A stretch of DNA of 64,000 bases from Azolla caroliniana (Eukaryota > Plantae > Polypodiophyta): NCBI GenBank assembly GCA_043228905.1, contig JBHGNT010000001.1, positions 15,190,001 through 15,254,000 of the forward strand. Direction: 5' to 3'. A program made the position numbers and the translations under genes. Numbering within the stretch: the first letter of the stretch is position 1; every line of letters starts with the position of its first letter. Under the pieces are notes generated by a model. That model saw nothing but the letters and a program-made list of their open reading frames with translations, ran no database searches and was not told where the DNA came from. Below are positions 1 to 11,869 of the stretch, in pieces.

Positions 1-1033
1 AGTTGGTTTGTGCCCGCAACTCCGTCAACACCTCCATTTTCTACTTCACTTATATGCGAGCCTCCTTAAGTTTTTCTCGTTACGAGTCATGCTCTTTCTC
101 GAGCTCCTTGTGCTCCCTCGTCAGAATGTACTCACTAGCGGCCTCGAGGACGTCTATTTCAAATAACGGGATTATCCGCAGATTTTTGTCTAGATACGCT
201 TCGTGTTCCGTATCCTCCAATCCGTCTAGCATATTAATTTCTTCCACGTATAGTGGCATTATCTCCTTCGTAGGTGCGGTTGTCTCCTGCGTCGGTACCC
301 GGACCTTGTTTCGTCCTCGACGGAAGCTAATGCAGTTGTGTTGCCAGTTCTGCTTGATATTAACAGACCGCAACCATGGTCTTCCTAACAAGATCAGATA
401 TGCCCATGGAGCGTCCAAAGCCAACACAACTGCCGAAATTTCAAATTTGTGTCTGCCAATTACAATTGCTAGCTTTTGGATCAACCCCAATGGTCTGACG
501 AAATGGGTGTCTACAATTCCGAGCCAAAATGGGCATGCCTCCCATTTTGTAATATCGAGGCGGTTAGATGTGGGTTTACTAATCATATTCACCCCGGAAC
601 CACCGTTGACAATGCATCCCGTGATTTCCTGCCCTTGCACCACCACCTTGATGGTTGTGTTATGGTCATCTACCACTGTTGGGCCAGTGCTAGATTCTGT
701 GTAATCGGTCGAGATCTCTAGGCCATTTGTGTGCCGCATCCAGTTTTCCACGGTTTGCCGAAATCAAGGGACGAGTCTTAGTAATTTATCCATGGGGAGT
801 GTAATTTAGCACTCTGCCATTGCTTGCCATATCCGGTCTGGCATTAGGGCCGAGCCTTCCCTATGTGTGACAGTGGGGCCGAACTCTTGCCGCATGCGTT
901 CCACATTGGCTTCATTCGCCTTCTCTATCCAGGCCTATGCAACTTTGTAGATCTCGTGTTGCTCCGCCCAGTCCGTGTTTTTTGCCTTACTGCGTGTTGT
1001 GACCTACTGAACGTCTATTGTGATCGTATTTCA
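1..1033 (-). pseudogene. Ty3/gypsy gag-protease remnant
   Basis: ORF 80..751 has a retropepsin-like region (GCIVNGGSGVNMI ... LILLGRPWL) and aligns by eye with gypsy copies at 11400-11860 and 32411-33160. Confidence 0.75.
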
Positions 1034-3986
1034 TGTTACCCGTAAGAATATACAGGGAGGCATAAGGGTATGTGTAATGATGTGGTTGATGTGTATGTGT
1101 AAAGTAAATGAGTGTGTGAGGATGAGTATGTGTGAGCACATGCACAAGAGTGTAATGGCCGTCTCTTTTGGAACAATCATTATTTACCGTTACATTATGT
1201 ATTATATAAACCCCTTATGGGGCATCTAATGGACCCTCCCTCCGTTGATCTCCCCTAACTCATCGACCCTCCCTTGAGAGGGAAGTCTCTCTCTATTTCT
1301 ATCTCCCTCTCTATACCTTCTCTATTGTTTGTATTTGCGTGTATGCCTCGGTGTGGTGGTGTGTGTTGTTGCAAGAAAAACCTAAGTCAATCAAAGACGT
1401 CCATGGCCATGGTGCCTGAAGCTCCCACCCTCCTCATCACGATCCCTTGACAAAAAGTCACTCTCCCTCTCTCCCTCGCTCACATGCAATTCAATGTGAA
1501 ACAAGGCGTTGTGGTACAAGTGATGAGAGTGGTAGGCTATGCACACTTTGCCCTAAACAAGTTCGTGAGTCTGAGTATCAGACTTTGATACAATGCTCTG
1601 CCTTTGATCATATTCAACCATGCTTTCCACATCTCTTAGATCGAGCCCAATCTTTGCATGAATTCCTCTCACAACCACAATGTGCACTCTCGATTGCAAC
1701 ATTCATTGGTAAAGTTCTTGAACATCGAGAGTCACTACTCACTTTCACACGTATCACGTGAAATGTAATCTTTTTGGTCTCATAGGTCATATTTGACCTC
1801 CGAAGACGATAATATAATCTACCTATCTATAGTATCTGTAGCCATGTCTTTGCGCCGTATTGCCTACATTGAGGTCCGTCCGAAGGTGTACAAGGTCTCT
1901 GTTGATGTTGATGAGCTCATCGTGAACGTGAGGATAACTTGGTCAAGATCCGAAAGAGAAAGTGAGAAGAAAATCCGTAGAGAAGGAGAAGAAAGAGGTA
2001 GTAGAAGACGTGGTAGCAGAGGAGAACAATCAAAAGCAGTAAGTTGAATGATCGATGGAAGAAGATGGACCAGCGTACACGGGCCGCTCTCTGCGAGCTC
2101 ATCCTCTAATCACTCTATTGTGAGGTCCTCTTCTCGGACTATGGGGTGCACGCTTCTCTGATGTCCCAGGGGCCCAAAGAAATGAAGAGAGCATGAATCA
2201 AGGAGCACGAAACATGCAGGGAAATGACGCCTGAGAACTTGCAGAAGGGCAACAAGACGTTTCCAGCTTCCTTCAGTCGAAAGCTTCCATGATGATGGAG
2301 AAGTTGAACCGTCTACTCCATGTGAGCAAGGAGATTCAACCCCATGTGAGCAGCAAGGACTCACACTGCTGCCATGGAAGCACAAAGGACCTAGAATCAT
2401 CTACACGTCTGATTGTGCAAGGAGTAAGGGGTTCATGAGGGTGATTAAATCGGCGTGGATCCTCCTGAATCCTGCCTTCTGGTTTGAGTCGACTGCAGGG
2501 TCTTGCATGATGCTTCAGTCTGAGGAGGGATATGGTGTCCATGAGCAGAGTGTCCATGATGATGATCATAATGATAGTGATGATCATATGCTGGTGACAA
2601 TCATGTGCTTGTCGGGCTTCACTATGAGGAACACCATCATCAAGTCAGGGGTCGTCATGATAATGTTGCAGTGCTTTCCGAATCAAATGTAAGGCCAAAT
2701 CCACCTAGTGAAGATTCTAAGGCCACTCGTGCATTCGATCCTGGTGATAACATCTTTGTGCAATCAATACAAACTATAGAGGAACTTTGGGACTATTTAG
2801 AACATCTTTGAGACCTCCTTGTATGCCCTCCCTAGATGCCCATCAAATTTTTGATAATCAATTCCATTGCCGCACTCTTTTGATCAGATTCTGATAACAG
2901 TAGATCTAGCAAGAAGAAAGGGCAGTCTAAAAACTCTTTGGAGAACTATGCCTACAACATGATAAATACAATTAAAGATGATAAAATTGTTGCCGCCGCT
3001 ATCGTTGCCGCCACAACCACCGCAATCGTTGCCGCCGCCGTCGCCGCAATCTGCTAGAAGTGAAAGGCGAGAAGATGAATGGAAGGAAGAAGAGAGGGGC
3101 ATTCAAAAAAACATAAGGGCAAAGAAGATGAAATTTCAAAAGCTAAAGGACATGACATGAGATTTCAAAATTTGGAGGGCAGAATGCAGAATTTCGAAAA
3201 CACAAGGGCCGAAAATAAAATTTCAAAAAATTCGAGGGTAAAAATTTTAAAGACCAAAGGGTAAAAAAATATAAAACTCACTTCACATGATGAAAGAAAG
3301 AATACACAAATGCACAACATGATTTCACGACCCATGCCACATTGAACTAGCCAATTGGTGTATGATCCAATCGCGACTTGTATTGACCGAACCAGAAGGT
3401 TCGAGTCAACAAGGCTCCGATTGAAGTTATCGATCGTAGAGAAGTGATCCGGTCGAGGGATTTCAGACTGTTGAGACGATTGATGGAGTTCCGGTCAAGA
3501 AGAGTTGCCATGGTGAGTGGGTTCACCATGCAATGCACTGTCCCATAGGCGTGCCATGTGTTACCCGTAAGAATATACGGGGAGGCATAAGGGTATGTGT
3601 AATGATGTGGTTGATGTGTATGTGTAAAGTAAATGAGTGTGAGGATGAGTATGTGTGAGCACATGCACAAGAGTGTAACATGCGTCTCGTTTGTAACAGT
3701 CATTATTTACCGTTACATTATGTATTATATAAACCCCTTATGGGGCATCTAATGGATATACATTTTTCCCCTCTCATTTTTGTCACTTTCAATTTGTCTT
3801 CCTCTCTAGATCTCTTACTATCATAACCCCCTTGGGAGGGGGGTGAAGTCATTCTAGGCTTCACCCCCCACCCAACAACAATTCACTATTGGCCCTTTCC
3901 CTTTATCGTGTTGTGGGCACTGCATTGTGTAATGACCTGGCTGTTGACAAACAAAACAGTGTACGGTGGACTCACCTTTTACTACA
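1034..3986 (-). mobile_element. Degenerate LTR element: ~200-bp direct repeat (1034-~1233 and 3559-~3756) with a tRNA-type PBS at 3541-3556
   Basis: Both repeat copies begin TGTTACCCGTAAG. The minus strand reads TGGCACGCCTATGGGA next to the right copy. No TSD found; the right boundary is approximate. Confidence 0.5.
1447..1830 (+). mobile_element. 5'-truncated LINE 3' end (RTE/RTEX-like C-terminal zinc finger)
   Basis: SHAIQCETRR...RLCTLC...VRESEYQTLIQCSAFDHI matches the HxLxxExGR..RxCxxC..ExExH...C pattern of non-LTR ORF2 C-termini. A short UTR follows, ending in CTAC/CTAT repeats. Confidence 0.55.
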
Positions 3987-3989
3987 ACC

Positions 3990-5445
3990 AGGGCTGTAGT
4001 GGTCTCCATAGGTGATGTTTGTTCTTCCCGGGTTCGCTAAAATTGCTTGTTGTTGTGGGGCTTTAGGCGATACTCTCCACACCTATCTTGGCGTCGTTCG
4101 ACCTCCGAGCTTTCCTCGTTATTACATTGGGTCCGTGATTGGCAGTTACCCCTATACATACTGGGCTCCTCCTATCCACCGCAATTGTTGGTGGTATGCC
4201 GGTTATCATAGCGGCACCCTCTCCGACGATTGTAGCGGTCATTGCTCGGATACTCCTCTTCTTCTTGCTGCTCTTCGTCGGAATAAGGGTCTTCATTGCG
4301 ACAGTGGTGGTGCGGCCTCCCCGTATGTTGATTCCACTCCGTGTTAAGGTAGCGCTCCTCCTACCCGCCTTGCTCGTTATGGCGGTAGTGTTTCTGTGGC
4401 ACTATATGGCGGACTGACGATATTGACCTATTCAACATGTTATATTCGCATTGGTCCACCATGTGTGCCCAGGATTGACAAATGGGGAAATGTATTTGCA
4501 TATTACACTCTACCGCGCAGTTCCCTGAGTTCATGCAGATTGTGCATTGAATGGCCTAGTGAAAACGGTATTCCTCATCCCTGGGTAGTAGTTGTCGTAG
4601 TGATGCCATAGACAAGCCCTCGTCCTCCTCTTCTAGCTCAAGCTGCAACGCCATTTGGCCTGTGAGATTTTGCGTATTTTACGTTGTTCAAAGGGGTCGA
4701 CGTAATGTCGCCAATTTTTTTTCTTTTGCCTCGTCCTTCGTCGAGGTGCAAGTCAATTGTCTCCATAAACTCTGGAACCGCAAGTTGAAGTCAGCCATGG
4801 ATTCTTGTGGCATCTGTTGATCGTATAAAACTGCCCGATGATCTCGCGTTAGGGAATGCTTCGATGAAAGAAGCGTAAAATTGACAATTGAAGCTAGTCG
4901 AAGCATACGACCGTCATGATGTCGAGCTGGGAGTGTTAGCGAGCACCTCGCCCATCTTGGGGTAACCCGAACTCTTAGTCCTTTAGGGTATAGCTCAAGG
5001 AAGTTGTGGTACAGAAAATAGATTAGCGTTGTAGGTCTAGCCTCAACATAGTACAAGGGTAAAGCGTCACTAAGTGTCCGCGAAGGTAAGGCATTAACCG
5101 GAGACGGCTACAACCGAGCTCCTTCCTACTGTGCATCGTTGTACAGAGATACGCTACTTTCCCTAAGAACGGATACGATTACGAACAACACAGAGAAAGG
5201 GAGTAATCAACACTGAGATCAGAAAAGACAGTATGACTATATTAGACTGGTTATGCTCAAAAACTACACTAGCTGTTACAATGTTTCTATGCCCTTTATA
5301 TACGCAGGGCATAGTCGGTTACGCTTCATGCGTGAACCGTTACATGCGTTACTTTAATGCTTCATTTATAATCACATCCCTACCCCCTAGCGCGTTTCTT
5401 TACTTCTCGCCTTGTTTCTCATTAGTCCACTTCTAGTAGACAACA
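3990..5445 (-). mobile_element. Ty3/gypsy 5' part (LTR end at 5445 plus decayed gag)
   Basis: ESMADFNLRFQSLWRQL gag motif (4688..5056). The terminus TTCTAGTAGACAACA resembles the terminus TTCTAGCGGACAACA at 35363. Confidence 0.65.
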
Positions 5446-8400
5446 CATGCCTTCGCCTCCAACCCCAAACGACTCCAATCCGATCTCTGACGAACTGGTC
5501 AGCAAGGTTGAAATGCCTCGGTATGAAGGAGACATAGGAGCTCTTGAAGAGAGTCTGATCTCATTCAAGCTAAGTGGGCCGAATGAGCGACTGAGTTGGC
5601 ATGACTAGTCAAACGCAGAGCCGACAAGTAGTGGAGACTTGGATGTGTATTCCCCACGCAAGAAGTCGACGAGATAGTTTACGCGCAAAGAGAAGGGAAA
5701 GAAAAAGATGTTGGAGTACGGCACTGATAAAGACGAGTCAGATCAAAGAGAATCTGAATCCGAGAAGAACAAAGATGGACCTTCGGAAACGAAGTCTATG
5801 TCAGCCAAGAGGGCCTCAAAACCGGCTAATTAGCAATTGCGCTGATCTACCAGCCAGAAGAACCCCATGGTGTGGTTCGGATAGAATGAGTACATTGCGC
5901 ATCATTAGGCGTACATGATGCGAGTGGTAGAAGTGCGTGAGTCGATGAGCTACGCAGAAGAAGCGAAGGACACAAATTGACGTGCCGCAATGGAGAAAGA
6001 GATTCACACATTAGCGGAAAATGAAACTTGGGACCTGGTTGATGCCTCGAAGGGTGTAAAGCCAATTGGATGCACAAGGTAAAGTACAGCACCAACGGCT
6101 CTGTCAACAGCTACAAAGCCTAGTTAGTGGCGAAGGGGTATGCACAACGACACGGAATCGACTACAATGAGACCTTTGCATCGGTCGCGAAGATGACAAC
6201 CGTCCATCTCCTGCTTGCAGTAGCCATGGTAAAGGGGTGACATTTGACAGGAACTACACACTCGGATGCACAACGCTCGGCCACAACCGAGCTAGAATGA
6301 GAAAAAATAGAAAACGGGGAATGAAAGCACGACACAAAGGAGAGAAGAGTACACAGGATGTTTAACGTGGAAAACCCTGAGAGGGAAAAACCACGGGAGT
6401 CCACAGACTCCAAACTATCACTATATCACAATGATTACAACAGTGAGCTCACATAGGCAACAACCTCGTGCTCACGATCTTCGCCACAGGCGGCGGTTAC
6501 AACAGAGGCACCTACCTCTTCCTCTCTCTCTCTCTCTCTCTCTGTACACTGTTACGCGCTCTCTAGTCTTGCACCAACAAGAATGACAACAACAACTTAA
6601 AAGAGTTTGCCCTAAGTCATATTTATACTAATATGACTTTCCAGCTATTTACAAATATAGCCCAGATGAACTCTCAGAAACATATTTACGAATATGTCCC
6701 TTCATCCGGTGAGCACTCCTCACCGGGCTTGCATCATCCGGCTCTTGCCGGGCACATGTCATCCGGTTCTCACCGGGTCTTCCGTTGCCGGGTACTTGTT
6801 ATCCGGTTCTTACCGGGTCTTCCGTAGCCGAGTCTTCCACATCTGGTTTCTCAGTTCCAGAGGGACATGTTTCCTAACAACATTTACATTAGATAGATGT
6901 AAAGAATGCGTTCTTGCAAGGAGAACTTGAGGAACATGTATACATGGTACAACTCCCTCGATTTCTATCCGGAAAGAATACCTTAGCGGTATGTCGATTG
7001 AAGAAGTCCCACTACAAAATAAAACAAGCTCCGCGCGCGTGGAATGTGAATATTATGCATTGCCTCCGTCGGATGGGTTTTGCGATGTCCAAATTGGACT
7101 CTTCACTGTTCGTCCGGCAAGGTCGACATGAACCGGTATTTTACTTTATGTTGATTATTTAGTCATCGGAGACGCCGACCTAGATTAAATCGTCCACGTA
7201 AAGTCCCAGATCGCGGCTTCATTCGACATGAAGGACCTAGGAGACCTTCATTACTTCCTAGGGATCGAAGTGATCCGCACCTCCGAAGGCATACTCTTCA
7301 GCCAACAACATTACGTGCTGAGTATGCTCTTCAAGTTCAGGATTGGCAGACTGTAAGTCCATCTCAACTCCTCTATACAGAAACGTCAACTTTCGCCGAG
7401 ATTCGGGAAAGGCGTGCGACTCGAGACAGTTCCGACAGATTGTCGAAAGTGTAATTTATTTGACGATCACTCGGCCGGATCTCAATTACCCGGTCGGCCT
7501 GATCAGTCAATTTATGTCGCAACCCACGGCCGAACACCTTCAGTGCGCGCAAAGGATAGGCCGTTGCTTTATCGGACCGGTATTGCCGAAAACTCGTCGG
7601 CTACTCAGATTCCGATTGCGCCGCAAATACCAACGATCATAGATCCACATTCGGGTTCGCTTTGTCACTTGGGAGCACCACGATCGCCTAGAGCAACAAG
7701 AAGAAGCCCACAGTTGCAATGTCAAGCATGGAGGCTGAGTATCGAGGAGCGACTATCGCGACATGCGAAGCCATTTGGCTCAAGACGCCACTCAAGGATT
7801 TGCAAGTGGAGGTGTCCGCTCCGATCATGATCTCCTATGACAACCTCATCAGCATCCAACCTACGAAGAACCCTGTCTTCCACCATTTTGTCCACGAGCG
7901 TGTCCTCTCCGATGAAGTCGTACTAACGTATGTTCCGATGAATTGGCAGCCTTCCGGTATCTTCACCTAGCCCCTTGGTCTCGACAAGTTGCAGCAATTC
8001 TCGAGTGCGCTTGGTTTGAGGCACCTCAATGTGCCGAACTTGAGGGGGAGAAAAGACCAAGAAAGGGAGCAGGAAAGGAACGAAAGTGACCGTGAAGCCG
8101 AGTCGGGTGAAGAATTCAATTTCGAGTAGGCTAAAGAAGTTGAAGGAGAAAACAAGGGCAACAACCAAAGGGAAGAGCCGGAGTCAACCGAACAAGGGGG
8201 AGATGAAGCCAAGAAGGGAGAGAAGGCCAAGTCCAAGACATGGTCTGATGTGGTTAAGGGCTTGAAGACAGATGACGACTTGGAGACAACCAATTCAGGC
8301 AAGAGCGGAAACGAATCGGAGACAACTGGTTCGGTTTAAATGTTTGATTCAGAGACACTGAATATTTTGAAGGCCACGCCGAGGAATGGGCAGCGGAAGA

Positions 8401-9008
8401 GGTGCCAACAACGCAATAGCAAGGGAGCTGAGAAAGGCCGCACAAGCAAACAAGCCAACCGAAAGGGTCGAGGTGTGCGGAATTGAACAGGTTGAGGAGC
8501 GCGAGTGAGGCGTGAAGCCAGGAGAAGCCGGAACGAAGATCCAGAAGAGCAGGAGGAACCTCAAGTTGAGCTTGAGGGGGAGTGTTGAGATACAACCTCA
8601 ACATTCGGTGCGTACACCGGTGCATAAACCAATGCGTAGACTAGGTGCGTAAACCGGGTTTGCAACGGAGTCCATAGTTGTGCGCAAACCAAGAGCCTAT
8701 TGGATAGATATTCCGCGGAGGAATATACTTTTCGGAGTTAGTGTAGGGGCTCATTGATGAGCATTGAAGTACGAGTCATTACTTATGTCAGTCTATATAG
8801 ACTTGTATAAAAGTGTTGTCTAAGCACATCCTATGTATTCAGTTTTAGAGTATTGTTTTTGGAATAGAGTTTTCTGTGGTATGCTCTCTCTGTCTCCCTC
8901 ACATACGCTATGTTAATGAAGCTTTCCATTAAATCTTACTTATCTTCCTTTTCTCGTGTGACCTTTTATCGGTTGTGTCTGTTAAGCTTCCGCACATATT
9001 CTTTTACA
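5446..9008 (+). mobile_element. 5'-truncated Ty1/copia element (family C): RT-RNase H remnant plus 3' LTR 8583-9008
   Basis: Decayed LEEHVYMVQ, ITRPDL and EAEYR motifs; PPT TTGAGGGGGAG; LTR TGTTGAGA...TTTTACA homologous to 44418-44844. Confidence 0.85.
6245..6879 (-). repeat. Solo LTR of the A/B copia group with 5-bp TSD ACATT
   Basis: TG...CA ends. ACATT at 6240-6244 and 6880-6884. Reverse complement resembles LTR 15124-15752. Removing it restores the host RT motif (HLHQMDVKNA, decayed). Confidence 0.9.
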
Positions 9009-10022
9009 AGAACCAACTCAGAGTAGATATTGGCAAAGATTGTTGTGCACATGGGTGCATGTCTGCTATTGGAAAGGATAAGTTACGGTTATTAAGGTGA
9101 TACTATTACTCACTCCCCAGTGATGAGCAAGACACCTATCTTGCAACGAAGATGCAAATGGTGAAGGACATATTGTCAGACATTAAGATCTTATTTGAGT
9201 ATTATATCCTCTATGGACCACAATGTTGTAGAGTGGCATTTAAGGTTTCTTTATGTGTTAGCAACATGAGATTACATAGAATGCAACAATGTGTTCTCAA
9301 TGGTGATATCAGTGTTGATGGCGGTGATGTTCCAAGTATGAATGGTGCATCCGAAAGAAATGCAATCCGTTGGATAAAGAACTACTTCAACCTTAATTGT
9401 GAAGTAATGCCAACTACTAGTAGGTTGCATCTTTCAGATAGTTACACACAACGAGAAGTATATGATGCCTACAGATTAGATATGTTAACGTCAAGTGATA
9501 AATATGTCACCTACCATCAATTCACAAGATTGTGGTCAACACAATTCACTAACATTGTCATACCTCGGAAAGTACGCATGGGGTATTGTTCTATTTGTGC
9601 AAACCTGAAGAGCATGATTAAAGGTGCTAAAAAAACAAAGGAGAAGGACATCAATAAACAATTGTTATAGGACCATCGAGAAGTGCAAACACTGTAGCGG
9701 AAAAAAGCAATGCACCATAGAGAGAAGTCATTGAAGAAACTAGAACAATATATGTGTCTAATGATTGATGGTATGGACCAAAAGAAGATGTGTCTACCTC
9801 ACCTTAGGAGGCTTTCGAAAGACATGAACGACGAATGTCTCGTTCAGATGCACTTGGCGGGTTGTTTGGCTTATAATGGGACAGTTAAAACTCACGTCTT
9901 CATTACTTACCCAAATGTCCACAATGACCCCAATCTAATAGTTACTGTGATTCAAAATGTTCTGGTGAATTGGGGGCACCCATTGCCCCCTATTCTCTAC
10001 ATTCAATTGGATAACACTGTTA
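9009..10022 (+). pseudogene. Fragment of a second, diverged Sola1-like transposase
   Basis: CCAHGCMS..DEQDTYL, CEVMPTT, IPRKVRMGYCSICANLKS, YMCLMIDGMDQKK and LYIQLDNT are all collinear with 48158..50938. Contains stops; no TIRs found. Confidence 0.9.
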
Positions 10023-10329
10023 GGGATGATTGTATTTTTTGGCATAAACAGTGAACAATATAGCTTGTAAGAACTCAAACGATATAAAGCTTAATTTTTT
10101 TAAAATTAATCCCTCATTGTAAATATTGTTTGTTAAACATGAGTATTTATTTTTACGATAAAAAACATGGTGTAATTTTCTTCGATTTTCCTAATTTTGT
10201 AAATTTCCAAATTTATGACATGGTGATATTTTAAGCTTTTACATTGAGTCTTTGAGCAAATGTGATACAGGTATCACATTTTTGGTGAGATGGTTAAGAA
10301 AACCCTAAAATCTAACCAAATATTCCCTA

Positions 10330-11860
10330 TCCTTCCAGTTGTGCGTGACCCTTCTACTTCTGAACGCGAACATGTTTGTAGTGGTGTGGCAATGTCTGCT
10401 AGATACCAAAGCATCCGGCTATGCCACCAAATTTGGCCGAGAAACTGGCTTAATGCCTTCGCATTCGTTGGTGCCGGTGCTTGCAAAATCACCTTCACTT
10501 TTTCTAGATCGACATCGATCCCTTCCTTACTCACAATGTGGCCCAACAATGCTCCACTGGTGACTCCGAATGCACATTTTGCCGAGTTCAAGCTTAACTT
10601 GGTGTTCCGGCATTTCTCTAAACACATCCAGAGATGGTCCAAGTGCTCCATCTTCCAGTTGTACATGGTGAATTCATCTAGGAAAACCTGCATAAATGCC
10701 GGAATGTATTTGCCAAATATTTCCATTATAATCCTCTAGAACGTCGTCGGTGCAGTCTTTAGTCCAAACATCATTACTATGGTGATGAAGACTCCCCATT
10801 CCGTCACGAATGTCGTCTTTTGCTGGTCTTCCGCATGCATCCAGATCTGGTTGTAGCCACTAAAACCATCTAGGAAAATGTACACCTAGTGTTCGGCCAT
10901 CGCGTCTAGTACTTCGTCCATGAAAGGAAGTGCAAACGCATTGGTCACTGTGGTTGCATTCAATTTCCTGTAATCTATGGTTATATGGATCTTCCCATTC
11001 TTCTTGGGCACCACCATGATTGGGCTTAGCCACGTTGCCTGCTTCACTAGCCGGATAAAGCCAACTCTCAACAATTTGTCGATTTCCTCAATTTTTACCG
11101 CATAGTTTTGGTTCATTCGATAATGGCTTTCGGCTACTGGTTTCATGTCCCTACTAAGGTGGATCCGATGTTGGTACAATTTCGGGTTCAACCCCTTCAT
11201 ATCCTCGTATGACTAGGAAAATACATCTTTAAATTCCTTCAGCAATACAACCATCGCCGTCTTCTCTTCCAGTGGTATTTCCTTCGCCACGTTTACCAGA
11301 TGTGGTTCTTTGATCGTGCCGAGAATGACTTCCTCCAGTGTTGATGCTTTCACGTGCTACAAAATGGCCATTTCCTTCTCCAAAGCTTATTGTGCTTGCT
11401 AGAGTTCCCGAATAGCCTCCCGATTAGGCTCATTAGTATCCTCCTCCAGGATAGTTAGATACGGCGTAACTACCTCTGCTACATCTATTTCGAACAACGG
11501 AATTATCTTGGGATTCTCTTCTAAGTATCAGTCCACTTCTTTAGCGGCTAACTTGTCCAACATATTTATTGGTTCCGCATACAAGGGCGTAAGCTACTTG
11601 CTTGTACCGTCCTGTTCCTGTGTCGGCATTCGGACTTTAGTTTTGCCGCACCAGTAATTAATGATGTTTTTTTGCAAATTTTGCTTTATGTGTGCCATTT
11701 TTAACCAAGGTCGGCCCAACTGTAAAGGGTACACTCTGCGGGCACTCTATTGTAAGACTATTGCTGAAATCCAAAATGCATGTCCTCTGATGGTGATCTC
11801 TAATTTTATTTATGAGTCTGGTCGGCCAGATTGAGGTCATGTCCGCCATTCATAACCAAA
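10330..11860 (-). pseudogene. Ty3/gypsy protease-RT remnant
   Basis: WLSPIMVVPKKNGK..IDYRKLN, QVFLDEF and LLGHIVSKEGI RT motifs (ORFs 10886..11200 and 10274..10726). Confidence 0.85.
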
Positions 11861-11869
11861 ATGCGCACG

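Noticed and set aside
10018-10330. Possible LTR or transposon end truncating the second transposase fragment
   Set aside because: It starts TGTTAGGG but I found no matching terminus, TSD or second copy in the window.
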